Origin: Candidatus Accumulibacter iunctus
GTDB lineage: Bacteria > Pseudomonadota > Gammaproteobacteria > Burkholderiales > Rhodocyclaceae
Direction: 5' to 3'
NCBI GenBank assembly: GCA_002345025.1
Contig: DDUX01000154.1
Span: forward strand, 28,075 to 92,074
DNA: 64,000 bases
The position numbers were made by a program, and so were the translations under genes. This document shows positions 28,401 to 37,641 of the stretch, one piece after another (the first letter of the stretch is position 1; each line of letters opens with the position of its first letter). The notes below the pieces were generated by a model. The model had not been told where the DNA came from. It did no database searches and saw only the letters and a list, made by a program, of their open reading frames with translations.

Positions 28401-30376
28401 GCAGATCAATTTTGTGTTCCCCGCGCCCGCGGGGATGAACCGGTGACGGTGATTTTGTGGTCTTCGGCCGGGCCGTGTTCCCCGCGCCCGCGGGGATGAA
28501 CCGTGTTGGTAGAAATTGACTGCAGCGTGGCGGCTGTGTTCCCCGCGCCCGCGGGGATGAACCGTACTGTTTGCCGGTCTTGGCGGAAATTCCGTTTTGT
28601 GTTCCCCGCGCCCGCGGGGATGAACCCCCTTACGGGCTGGCGTGCCTTGGCGCTCCGGCGTGTTCCCCGCGCCCGCGGGGATGAACCGATCACGATCGTC
28701 GCGGCTCTGCTCGTGTTCACGTGTTCCCCGCGCCCGCGGGGATGAACCGAGGCTCAGCGTGTGTATCCGGGTCGGTCGGTCGTGTTCCCCGCGCCCGCGG
28801 GGATGAACCGGTCGGACCCATCGCTGTACGCATGTAATCGTAGTGTTCCCCGCGCCCGCGGGGATGAACCGCACTTCCCGGCCGCATGCACGACGCCGGT
28901 GTCGGTGTTCCCCGCGCCCGCGGGGATGAACCGGCGGCACATTCTGCGCCCGGCCGCAGAAGAAAGTGTTCCCCGCGCCCGCGGGGATGAACCGGTCTGG
29001 CTTGCCTGGGCGCTCCGGCTACGGGTGTGTTCCCCGCGCCCGCGGGGATGAACCGACGGCTGGATGATCGCCACGTCCGGCAACGTCGTGTTCCCCGCGC
29101 CCGCGGGGATGAACCGGTCGATTGGGCCGAGCGCAGCCAGTCCAAAGCGTGTTCCCCGCGCCCGCGGGGATGAACCGCACGGCCTCACCGAGATGCGCAT
29201 CTACCAGATGTGTTCCCCGCGCCCGCGGGGATGAACCGCGCGTCGGCGCCTACGTCGAGACCAGCAAGCAGTGTTCCCCGCGCCCGCGGGGATGAACCGA
29301 AAATTGGCGGTGCCGTCATCGCTGTTGCTCCCGTGTTCCCCGCGCCCGCGGGGATGAACCGGCACGAATCGTGACCCGACGTGCTCACGCCGCCGTGTTC
29401 CCCGCGCCCGCGGGGCTGAACCGCTCGCACCAATCCGCCAACGGTGGCGCCGGCTGTGTTCCCCGCGCCCGCGGGGATGAACCGCCGCGCGCGCCGAATC
29501 GAGCCTGGCCACATACCGTGTTCCCCGCGCCCGCGGGGATGAACCGTCCGCATCAGGGCGGCGGCTCATCGGCGGGAAGTGTTCCCCGCGCCCGCGGGGA
29601 TGAACCGACGCGGCATGTCGCGCCAATCCTCGACACTGAGTGTTCCCCGCGCCCGCGGGGATGAACCGTCGAGATGGGCGCGAACTTGTACATGGGAACG
29701 AGTGTTCCCCGCGCCCGCGGGGATGAACCGAAATCCGGCGGCCCGGTCACACAGCGCCGATCGTGTTCCCCGCGCCCGCGGGGATGAACCGAAATCCGGC
29801 GGCCCGGTGACACAGCGCCGATCGTGTTCCCCGCGCCCGCGGGGATGAACCGTCTTGCGAGCCCTTCCCGGTTTATGCATGCCCGTGTTCCCCGCGCCCG
29901 CGGGGATGAACCGGCGATTGTCTGGTCGAGGTCGACGTCGGGATTGTGTTCCCCGCGCCCGCGGGGATGAACCGGTCATGAGGGCGTCTTCCATGTTGGC
30001 GAAGGCGTGTTCCCCGCGCCCGCGGGGATGAACCTGAGCCGGACCAGCCGACCGCCGTGTGCCAGCCGTGTTCCCCGCGCCCGCGGGGATGAACCGCCCA
30101 GGGCGAGCAGCAGGGCGGCAAGGGTGGGGTGTTCCCCGCGCCCGCGGGGATGAACCATCAGCAGCAGGTCGCAGACGCGCACGATGCCCGTGTTCCCCGC
30201 GCCCGCGGGGATGAACCGGTGAATCGGGCATCGTCGAACAGCGCCGATTCGTGTTCCCCGCGCCCGCGGGGATGAACCGGGGTAGGCGATCTGTAGCGGC
30301 GCGGGGATGAACCGTACCGCGCGCGCATCGGGCTCATGCTCGGCGGCGTGTCCCCCGCGCCCGCGGGCAGGAACCG
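25421..30376 (+). CRISPR. Type I-E CRISPR array: 80 intact 29-nt repeats, one 15-nt truncated repeat, and one degenerate terminal repeat
   Basis: Repeat GTGTTCCCCGCGCCCGCGGGGATGAACCG, counted by hand from 25421 to 30251. The 79 spacers between intact repeats are 69x32 nt, 9x33 nt and 1x34 nt. The terminal repeat at 30348..30376 has 3 mismatches. Orientation is set by the leader, by the similarity to the E. coli I-E repeat and by the distal degeneracy. Confidence 0.97.
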
Positions 30377-30620
30377 GCGGTTGGTGTCCGTGACAATGAA
30401 GAGCCTCGGAAATCTTGCTCCGCCAAGGGATCGGGCGCGAAGATTGCCCGCTTGGAGCCGGATCAAGAGTGAATCTCGGACAGGGGCCTGGCCATTGCGC
30501 TGATTCATTTGCCGAGGAATCTCTCGTCTCCGTGTCGCCTCCGACTGCTCGCCGAAGGCGGACTGATGCGCTGACCAAATCGGTTAACATGCTGCGTGGC
30601 CAACCTTGCGAGACCCTCAG

Positions 30621-32252
30621 ATGAGCCGATTTCCTCTCCGTATGCAGCTCTTTCTGGTGTGCCTTGCACTGGCGGTCGGCTTCACGGTGTTCGGCGCCTG
30701 GACCTGGCACACCATCAGCCAGACCAGGATCGGCGGTCCTGGCTACAACTGCATCGTGCTCTACAAGGATCTGGTTGCCGGCATCCTGTCGCCACCGAAC
30801 TACATCATCGAATCGTACCCGCAGTGTCCTGCAGCTCGCGGGCCCGGAGCGTGCGCGTCAGCGTGAGGTTCTCGTCGCCAAGATGAGCCTGTTGCGCAAG
30901 GATTGCGAGCAGCGCCACAAGTTCTGGCTCGAAGAGGACTTGCCGCAGGGCATCAAGGCCCGTTTTCTCAAGGATGCCCACCAGGCGGCGGTGGGGTTCT
31001 TCGAGCTGGCAGATCGCCAACTCCTGCCGGCCATCAGTGCTGGCGACCGCGTGGCGACACAGGACGCGCTGCGCAAGCTCGAAGAGCGCTATCTCGAACA
31101 TCGTCAGGCGATCGACGATGTGGTGGCCCTCAGCACGCGCGAACTGCAGGAGGTCTCGCGCGCGAGACGGCGGGTCTGCATACCGACCTGTGGGTGTTGC
31201 TGGCCGTGTTCGTCGCCGCATCTCGCTCGCCATCGTTGCCAACTACCTGTTCGACCGCTCGCTGCTCGCCGGCATGAGTGTAGCGGCGAGGCGTCTGGGC
31301 GATCTGGCGCGCGGCGATCTGACTTCGGCAACGTGCGCCGTCAGCCGTCGTGACGAAGTGGGGGACCTGCTGCGGTCGATCGACGTGGCGGGTGACAACA
31401 TCGCACAGACCGTCCGGGAGATTCGCGCTGCCGCCGAAGCGGTCCCTGACTCGGCGGCACGCGTCAGGGAAACCGTCGACGGTGTCGTCGAAGGTGCACG
31501 CAGCCAGGATGCAGCAGCGAGTGCGATGGTTGCCGCAATCGACCAGATCTCGAACAGGATTTCGCTGATGGCGGGCCAGGCCGCTTCGGTGGAGCAGCGG
31601 GTGCAGCAGGCGGGTGCCCGCTGCGATCAGGGAAGTGAGGAGATCACCGCCACGGCGACCGTCGGCGAGACGCTGGCCGCCGATGTCCAGGCCACTGCCG
31701 ATTCGATGCTGGTGCTCAGCGAACATTCGCGGGAGATTTCCGGCATCGTCGGCGTGATCCGCGCGATTGCCGATCAGACCAACCTGCTGGCGCTGAACGC
31801 GGCCATCGAGGCGGCGACGGCTGGTGAGCATGGGCGGGGCTTTGCCGTCGTCGCCGACGAGGTGCGCAAGCTGGCGGAACGGACGGCGCATTCGACCGAC
31901 CGCATCGCGACCATGATCACCCAGATCCAGTCCGGCGTCGAGGGTGCCATGGACGTGATGCGCTAGGGTTCGGCAGGGGCGCGCGCCAGCACCGATGCCG
32001 TTCACCGGGCGCGCGCGACGATGGCAGACATCGTCGCCCTGGGGCGCCTCCTGGCTGCCGACATGCGGCAGATTGCCGAGGGACTCGCGGCGTAGCGGCA
32101 GGGCAGTGGCGACATCTCGCGTGCCGGCGAGAAGATGCCGAGTCGGGCCGGCGAGAACAGCGGTGCAGCACACCGGCTTCCCGCCACGGCCAGGGATCGG
32201 GCGGGAACGGCCGCTCAAGCTGCGCCAGTCGGTCGGTGTCTTTCGCGTCTGA
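30621..32252 (+). pseudogene. Methyl-accepting chemotaxis protein, heavily decayed
   Basis: MCP homology runs through frames 0>1>0>2>0. It covers the TM1 and sensor region, TM2 [12 protein letters not shown], the HAMP-like segment, the signalling domain ...[37 protein letters not shown]..., and the C-terminal LRQSVGVFRV. There are in-frame TAG stops at 31964 and near 32092. Confidence 0.8.
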
Positions 32253-32325
32253 GGCTGCCCGGTGCATGCGGGCAGAAAAGCTCCCCCTGGCAGCGGCCGG
32301 AGCCCAGCCGAGTTCTCCCGGCACG

Positions 32326-33981
32326 CTACGCCAGCGACGAACTGAAGCGCACCCGCAGCCGCCGCAGCGTCCGTTCAGCGGCGAGGATGCCGCGGTACTG
32401 TGCCTCCTCGAACAACGAGAATCCGCTGACATCGGCGTGCGCGAAGCGCAATCGCTCGCCGTCGGCGGCAAAGCGCGCGCGGGCGTCGCTCCAGATCAAT
32501 CCGGGCAGTGGCCTGACCATGGCGTGCGCATTGCGGAAGACATCGAGGCGACTGGTCACTTGCCGGATGTCGGCGTGCGGTTTCTCGAGTTCGGCGAGAA
32601 TCTGCTCTGCCCAGCCCTCGCGCGGCGTCTCGCGCAGTGCGGTACGGGCGACTTCCGGAGCGAGTTCGTCGAAACTCCGGTACCAGGTCAGGACCGTGCC
32701 ACCCCGCCAGACGCGCATCTGCTGGTGCGTCGCGACGACGTAGCCGAGGCCGCTGCCGCGATGGAGGACGTTGTCCCAGGCCAGCGGTGCGCCGCTGCGC
32801 TCCTCCGGCGGGCGCGAGAGCGTCAGGTTGGCGACCAGCCACGGCGCGTAGCTGAAGCTGCGCGCGGCATCCTTGAGTCGGGCATGCCCGCTGAACACCC
32901 AGGGGACGAGAAACAGCGGTGCCGCCCAGATCAGCTGTTCGGCCAGCACGCGCAGCGTGCGCTGTTCGCCCGGCAGCCAGAGATCGACCGTCAGCGGCCC
33001 GTCGCCGGCGCCGCCTTCGCCACCCTCGACGCGAAAAGCCAGGGCACCCGTCAACAGGCGATTGCCGACGCGTGCCTCGATCGAGCGCAGCATGCCGGTG
33101 GTGAGCCAGGCGTTGCCTTCCGGTGCGGTGAGGACGGTATCGCTGGCCGCGTTCTCGCCCTCGCCGCTGCGGCAGGCGAAGTAGTGGATCCCGGCCCAGG
33201 CCGAGACGGCAGCACTGGCCGTGCCGTAGTCGTCGCGGCAGGCGTGATTCACGTACCAGTGCAGCTGCGGTGAATCGAGGCCCTGTGCGAGCAGCCAGTC
33301 GCGCATGCTGCTGCGGTCGAGCCGCAGCAGATCGGCGTCGCGGCTCGACAACGCCATCGGCAACGCGAAGGCGGGCCGGCCGCTGGCGTCGCGCCGCCGT
33401 GCAAAGGACTCGATGAGGTCGGCAAAGCGGCGGTACTGGCTGCGCTCGCCGGCACCGACTCCGGTCAGCGGCAGCAGACCTTCCTGCCAGCGACCGTCGA
33501 GGTAGAGACGCTCCTGCGGCGTCGCGCAGAGATGGTTTTCGTCGTAGAAGGGCCGCGCGGCGCGCGCGTCGCCGTGCAGCACACCCAGTTCGGCAAGCAG
33601 TTCGCGCACGGCGGTGGACTCGCGTGTCGGCAGCGGCAGGTAGTGGGCGCCCCAGGGGTAGGCGCTGACGGCGTTGCGGCCGGCGCGCGAGTTGCCGCCG
33701 GCCTCGGACTCGAGTTCGACGAGCAGGAAATCGCCGAAGCCCGCCTGCGCCAGTTTCCAGCCGGCCGCCAGGCCGCCGACGCCGGCGCCGACGATGAGCA
33801 CCGGCACCTTCCGGGTTTCGCTCACTGCCGGCAGCCCCTGTTCGCGCAGGCGATGGCCGATCTGCAGCGAGGTGCCGAGAAGCTCGCCCGGCGGTAGTGC
33901 CGGCGGCTGGCTGCGGCAGGCGGCAAGCGAGGCGGCGCCGGCGGCGGCGGCGATCGAGTTCAGGAAGTCGCGCCGGTGCAT
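32326..33981 (-). CDS. Tat-exported FAD-dependent oxidoreductase (amine-oxidase-like)
   Basis: Twin-arginine signal MHRRDFLNSIAAAAGAASLAAC and dinucleotide-binding motif VLIVGAGVGGLAAG. Adjacent to the spermidine-synthase-like gene. Confidence 0.7.
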   Translation of the reverse strand: MHRRDFLNSIAAAAGAASLAACRSQPPALPPGELLGTSLQIGHRLREQGLPAVSETRKVPVLIVGAGVGGLAAGWKLAQAGFGDFLLVELESEAGGNSRAGRNAVSAYPWGAHYLPLPTRESTAVRELLAELGVLHGDARAARPFYDENHLCATPQERLYLDGRWQEGLLPLTGVGAGERSQYRRFADLIESFARRRDASGRPAFALPMALSSRDADLLRLDRSSMRDWLLAQGLDSPQLHWYVNHACRDDYGTASAAVSAWAGIHYFACRSGEGENAASDTVLTAPEGNAWLTTGMLRSIEARVGNRLLTGALAFRVEGGEGGAGDGPLTVDLWLPGEQRTLRVLAEQLIWAAPLFLVPWVFSGHARLKDAARSFSYAPWLVANLTLSRPPEERSGAPLAWDNVLHRGSGLGYVVATHQQMRVWRGGTVLTWYRSFDELAPEVARTALRETPREGWAEQILAELEKPHADIRQVTSRLDVFRNAHAMVRPLPGLIWSDARARFAADGERLRFAHADVSGFSLFEEAQYRGILAAERTLRRLRVRFSSSLA

Positions 33982-33985
33982 CGTG

Positions 33986-35485
33986 CTAACGGATCACCTG
34001 TCGCCACTCCTGTTCGAAGTAGCGCACCAGCACCTGGTTGTTGAGGCGGTTCACCTCGGCATCGACGCGTGTCATGTCGCGCGGAAAGACGAACAGCGCC
34101 GGCGTGGTCTCGGGGCTCAGGAAGCGGGTCGCGACCGCGTAGGACTGCGGTGGCCGGTACGGCCGGCGACCGGCGAGGACGAAGCCCCACTCACCGAACG
34201 AAGGGACCAGCGCGTGATACGGCGTCACCAGCAGGCCGGTGCTCTCGAGCGTCGTGACGATGCACCAGAACGACTGGCGCGCGTAGAGCGGCGAGGTCGA
34301 CTGGATCACCGCCAGTCCGCTGGCTGCCAGATGCCGGTCGAGCAGGCGGTAGAACGAGGCGCTGTAGAGCTTGCCGAGCGAGAAGTTCGACGGGTCGGGG
34401 AAGTCGACGACGACGAAATCGAAGCTCTCGTCGCTTTCCTCCAGCCACTGCAGCGCGTCGGCGTTGATCACCCGCACCCTTGGTGAGTTCAACGCGTCCT
34501 CGTTGAGTTTGCGCAGCGGTGGCGCGCTGGCGAAGAGGCGCGTCATCGCCGGGTCGAGATCGACGAGGACGACCGTCTCGATCTGCGGGTACTTGAGGAT
34601 CTCGCGCACGGCCAGACCGTCGCCGCCGCCGAGGACGAGCGCGCGGCGCGCCGACGGCAGGGTCGCCAGCCCGGGGTGAACGAGCGCCTCGTGGTAACGG
34701 TACTCGTCGCGCGAGCTGAACTGCAGGTTGTTGTTCAGGTGCAGCCGCAGATCGTCCTTCCAGCGGGTGAGGACGATGCGTTGATACGGCGTGCTTTCGG
34801 CATGAACGATCTCGTCGGCGTAGAGCTGGCGCTCGGCGAGCGACGTCAGTTCGCCGGCGGCGGCGAACGCGGTGAGCAGCGACAGCAGCGCGACGCTGCC
34901 TTGCGCGCGCAGCCAGCCGGCGTTCGGCAACTGTTCGCGAAACAGCCACCAGGCCCAGAGCGCCACGGCGACGTTCAGCACACCAAAGAGCAGTGCGCTG
35001 CGAATCAGTCCCAGATGCGGTACGAGCAGGACCGGGAAGAGGATCGACACCGCGAGCGCGCCGAGGTAGTCGAAGGTCAGCACCTGCGAGACGACTTCCC
35101 TGAACACCAGGTCGCGCTTGAGGATGCGCATGACCAGCGGGATCTCGAGTCCGACGAGCACGCCGACGGCGAAGACGACGAGGTAGAGGAGCAGCCTGAA
35201 CGGCGCCGGCGACCAGGTGAAGGCGAAGAAAAGCAGTGCCGCCGAGAAGCCGCCGAGGACACCGACGAGCAGCTCGACCTGGATGAAGCGCAGGATCAGG
35301 TTCTGACCGATGTAGCGCGACAGCCAGGAGCCGATTCCCATGGCGAAGAGGTAGCTGCCGATGACCGTCGAGAACTGCGTCACCGAATCGCCGAGCAGAT
35401 AGCTGGCGAGGGCGCCGGCGATCAGTTCATACGCCAGCCCGCAAGAGGCGATGACGAAGACCGAGAAGAGCAGCGCCTGCTTCAT
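33986..35485 (-). CDS. Polyamine aminopropyltransferase (membrane-anchored spermidine synthase-like)
   Basis: N-terminal multi-TM domain followed by a SpeE-like catalytic domain (VLGGGDGLAVREILKYPQIETVVLVDLDPAM...DFPDP). Confidence 0.8.
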   Translation of the reverse strand: MKQALLFSVFVIASCGLAYELIAGALASYLLGDSVTQFSTVIGSYLFAMGIGSWLSRYIGQNLILRFIQVELLVGVLGGFSAALLFFAFTWSPAPFRLLLYLVVFAVGVLVGLEIPLVMRILKRDLVFREVVSQVLTFDYLGALAVSILFPVLLVPHLGLIRSALLFGVLNVAVALWAWWLFREQLPNAGWLRAQGSVALLSLLTAFAAAGELTSLAERQLYADEIVHAESTPYQRIVLTRWKDDLRLHLNNNLQFSSRDEYRYHEALVHPGLATLPSARRALVLGGGDGLAVREILKYPQIETVVLVDLDPAMTRLFASAPPLRKLNEDALNSPRVRVINADALQWLEESDESFDFVVVDFPDPSNFSLGKLYSASFYRLLDRHLAASGLAVIQSTSPLYARQSFWCIVTTLESTGLLVTPYHALVPSFGEWGFVLAGRRPYRPPQSYAVATRFLSPETTPALFVFPRDMTRVDAEVNRLNNQVLVRYFEQEWRQVIR

Positions 35486-35756
35486 CGTCCGGCGCGTGTC
35501 GTCGCCGGCGCGCCGCCGCGGACGGCGGGTCCTCGGCTGGCGTCTCGCTTGCGGTCGATCGGTGAATGGCGCATGCCCGGCATTCTATGCGTTGCCGGTA
35601 CCTGCATGCGAAGGAGCATGCGGCCCGAGGCCAGCGAGGGACACCCGGTTGAGGAAATCGGCTACCATGCGCGCTGCACCCGCGTCGCCGTGCCGCAGCG
35701 CCTGCCCCCACCGTGTGCGCCGGCAGACGACAGTCAGAACCCTGGATGAAGCAATC

Positions 35757-36881
35757 ATGAACTCCCCTGACAGGCATTTCGAAATGGCCCGGCCAACCCT
35801 GGCAGTGCTCTTCCTTTGCGTGCTCATCGCTGCATCGCTGTGGATCCTGCGGCCCTTTCTGCCGGCGCTGATCTGGGCGACGATGGTCGTCGTTGCCTCG
35901 TGGCCCCTGCTGCTCCGCCTGCAGCGGAGCTTCGGCAATCGCCGCCTGCCGGCGGTGATCCTGATGACCTTGCTGGTTCTCCTCGGCCTCGTCGTGCCGC
36001 TGTCGGTGGCGATTGCCACCATCGTCGGCAATGCCGACCAGATTGCCGAGTGGGGCAGGTCGCTGAGTGGACTGCGCATGCAGGGGTCGCCGCCGGCCTG
36101 GGTCGGCGAAGTACCGGTGGTCGGTGGGCGGCTCGAGCACGCGTGGCGGCAGATCGCCGCCACCGGCACCAACGAGCTGGCGACCAGGGTCGCCCCCTAC
36201 GCCGGCAACCTGACGCGCTGGTTCGTCAGCGAGATCGGCAGCTTCGGGCTCGTCTTCGTGCAGTTCCTGCTCACCGTCGCCCTGTCCGCCGTCCTTTATG
36301 CGTCGGGCGAGAAGGCCGCGGCGGGTGTTCGCCGCTTCGGCTATCGCCTCGCCGGCGAACGTGGCGAGGGTGCAGTGATCCTCGCCGGTCAGGCAGCGCG
36401 CGCCGTCGCCCTCGGCGTCGGCGTCACCGCGGTCGTCCAGTCCCTTCTCGGCGGTATCGGCCTGGCGATCGCCGGGGTGCCTTTCGCGCCGGTGCTGACC
36501 GCGGTGATGTTCATGTTCTGCATCGCCCAGCTCGGTCCGACGCTGGTTCTGGCGCCGGCGGTCGTCTGGCTGTACTGGGGAGACAACACCGGCTGGGGAA
36601 CCTTCCTGCTGGTGTGGACGGTCTTTGTCGGCACCATGGACAACTTCCTGCGGCCGATCCTGATCCGCCAGGGCGCCGACCTGCCGCTGCTGCTGATCCT
36701 CTCCGGCGTCATCGGCGGCATGCTCGCTTTCGGCCTGGTCGGTCTGTTCGTCGGCCCGGTGATCCTGGCCGTTGCCTATACCCTTCTCGATGCCTGGGTC
36801 AGCGAGGTTCCGCCCGAGGTCGGCAGGGCTCCGGCGGTGACTGCGGAGGCACCGGCAGCCGCAGACGCGCGGACACCCTGA
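35757..36881 (+). CDS. AI-2E family transporter (PerM/YdiK-like permease)
   Basis: Polytopic membrane protein with the family-typical C-terminal region (FLRPILIRQGADLPLLLILSGVIGG). The ATG at 35757 was chosen over the extended ORF. Confidence 0.75.
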   Translation: MNSPDRHFEMARPTLAVLFLCVLIAASLWILRPFLPALIWATMVVVASWPLLLRLQRSFGNRRLPAVILMTLLVLLGLVVPLSVAIATIVGNADQIAEWGRSLSGLRMQGSPPAWVGEVPVVGGRLEHAWRQIAATGTNELATRVAPYAGNLTRWFVSEIGSFGLVFVQFLLTVALSAVLYASGEKAAAGVRRFGYRLAGERGEGAVILAGQAARAVALGVGVTAVVQSLLGGIGLAIAGVPFAPVLTAVMFMFCIAQLGPTLVLAPAVVWLYWGDNTGWGTFLLVWTVFVGTMDNFLRPILIRQGADLPLLLILSGVIGGMLAFGLVGLFVGPVILAVAYTLLDAWVSEVPPEVGRAPAVTAEAPAAADARTP

Positions 36882-36942
36882 GGTCGTCGGCGCCGCGCAC
36901 GCTCGCTTCTTTCACCTTTAGCCCTTGTTCGAGGTTGGCGGA

Positions 36943-37542
36943 ATGTTTTCAGGAATCGTCGCTGCCATTGGTCAGATCACCGCCATCACCCCCCGCGGTG
37001 ACGGCGCGGCAACCGTCCGTTTGACGATCGACGCCGGCCGACTCGGGCTCGACGATGTCGAGCTCGGCGACTCGATCGCCTGCAACGGCGTCTGTTTGAC
37101 CGTGGTCGACCGGCGGGGCGACTCGTTCTGCGTTGACGTGTCGCCCGAATCGCTGGCGTGCACCGTCGGCCTTGCAGAATGCGCTCCGGTGAACCTCGAA
37201 AAGGCGCTGCGATTGGCCGACCGCCTTGGCGGCCACCTCGTCTCCGGGCATGTCGACGGCGTCGGCGAGGTGTTGCGCTTCGACGCAGTCGGCGACAACC
37301 GCCTGCTCGAGATCCGCGCGCCGGATGAACTCGCCCGATACATCGCCCGCAAGGGGTCGGTCACCGTCGACGGCGTCAGTCTGACGACCAACACCGTCGA
37401 GGGGGCTGCGTTCAGCATCAACCTCATCCCGCACACCCTGGCGGCGACGACACTTGGACGGCTGGCTCCGGGCAGCCGGGTGAATCTCGAAGTCGACCTC
37501 ATTGCACGCTATTGCGAGCGTCTGCTCGCAGCAGGCCGGTAG
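36943..37542 (+). CDS. ribE: Riboflavin synthase
   Basis: MFSGIVAAIGQI...GDSIACNGVCLTV...GGHLVSGHVDG...SLTTN is the duplicated lumazine-binding fold signature. Confidence 0.9.
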   Translation: MFSGIVAAIGQITAITPRGDGAATVRLTIDAGRLGLDDVELGDSIACNGVCLTVVDRRGDSFCVDVSPESLACTVGLAECAPVNLEKALRLADRLGGHLVSGHVDGVGEVLRFDAVGDNRLLEIRAPDELARYIARKGSVTVDGVSLTTNTVEGAAFSINLIPHTLAATTLGRLAPGSRVNLEVDLIARYCERLLAAGR

Positions 37543-37586
37543 CCCGGACGGCAGCCGGCGCTCACTTCATCCCTGGCGGTCTGCCC

Positions 37587-37627
37587 GGTGGCCCACGGCG
37601 CAACGAGGTGCTGCGCCGTGGGCCACC
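37587..37627. terminator. Perfect 16-bp GC-rich hairpin between convergent ribE and the SPOR-protein gene
   Basis: ggtggcccacggcgca / tgcgccgtgggccacc with a 9-nt loop. No U-tract, so its function as a terminator is inferred from position only. Confidence 0.45.
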
Positions 37628-37641
37628 GCTGGGCAGCCGGT

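Noticed and set aside
25878-29884. Spacers 8 and 73 share CCTTC-N-CGGTTTATG (14/17).
   Set aside because: The exact core is only 9 nt. By my rough estimate about ten such matches are expected by chance among all spacer pairs.
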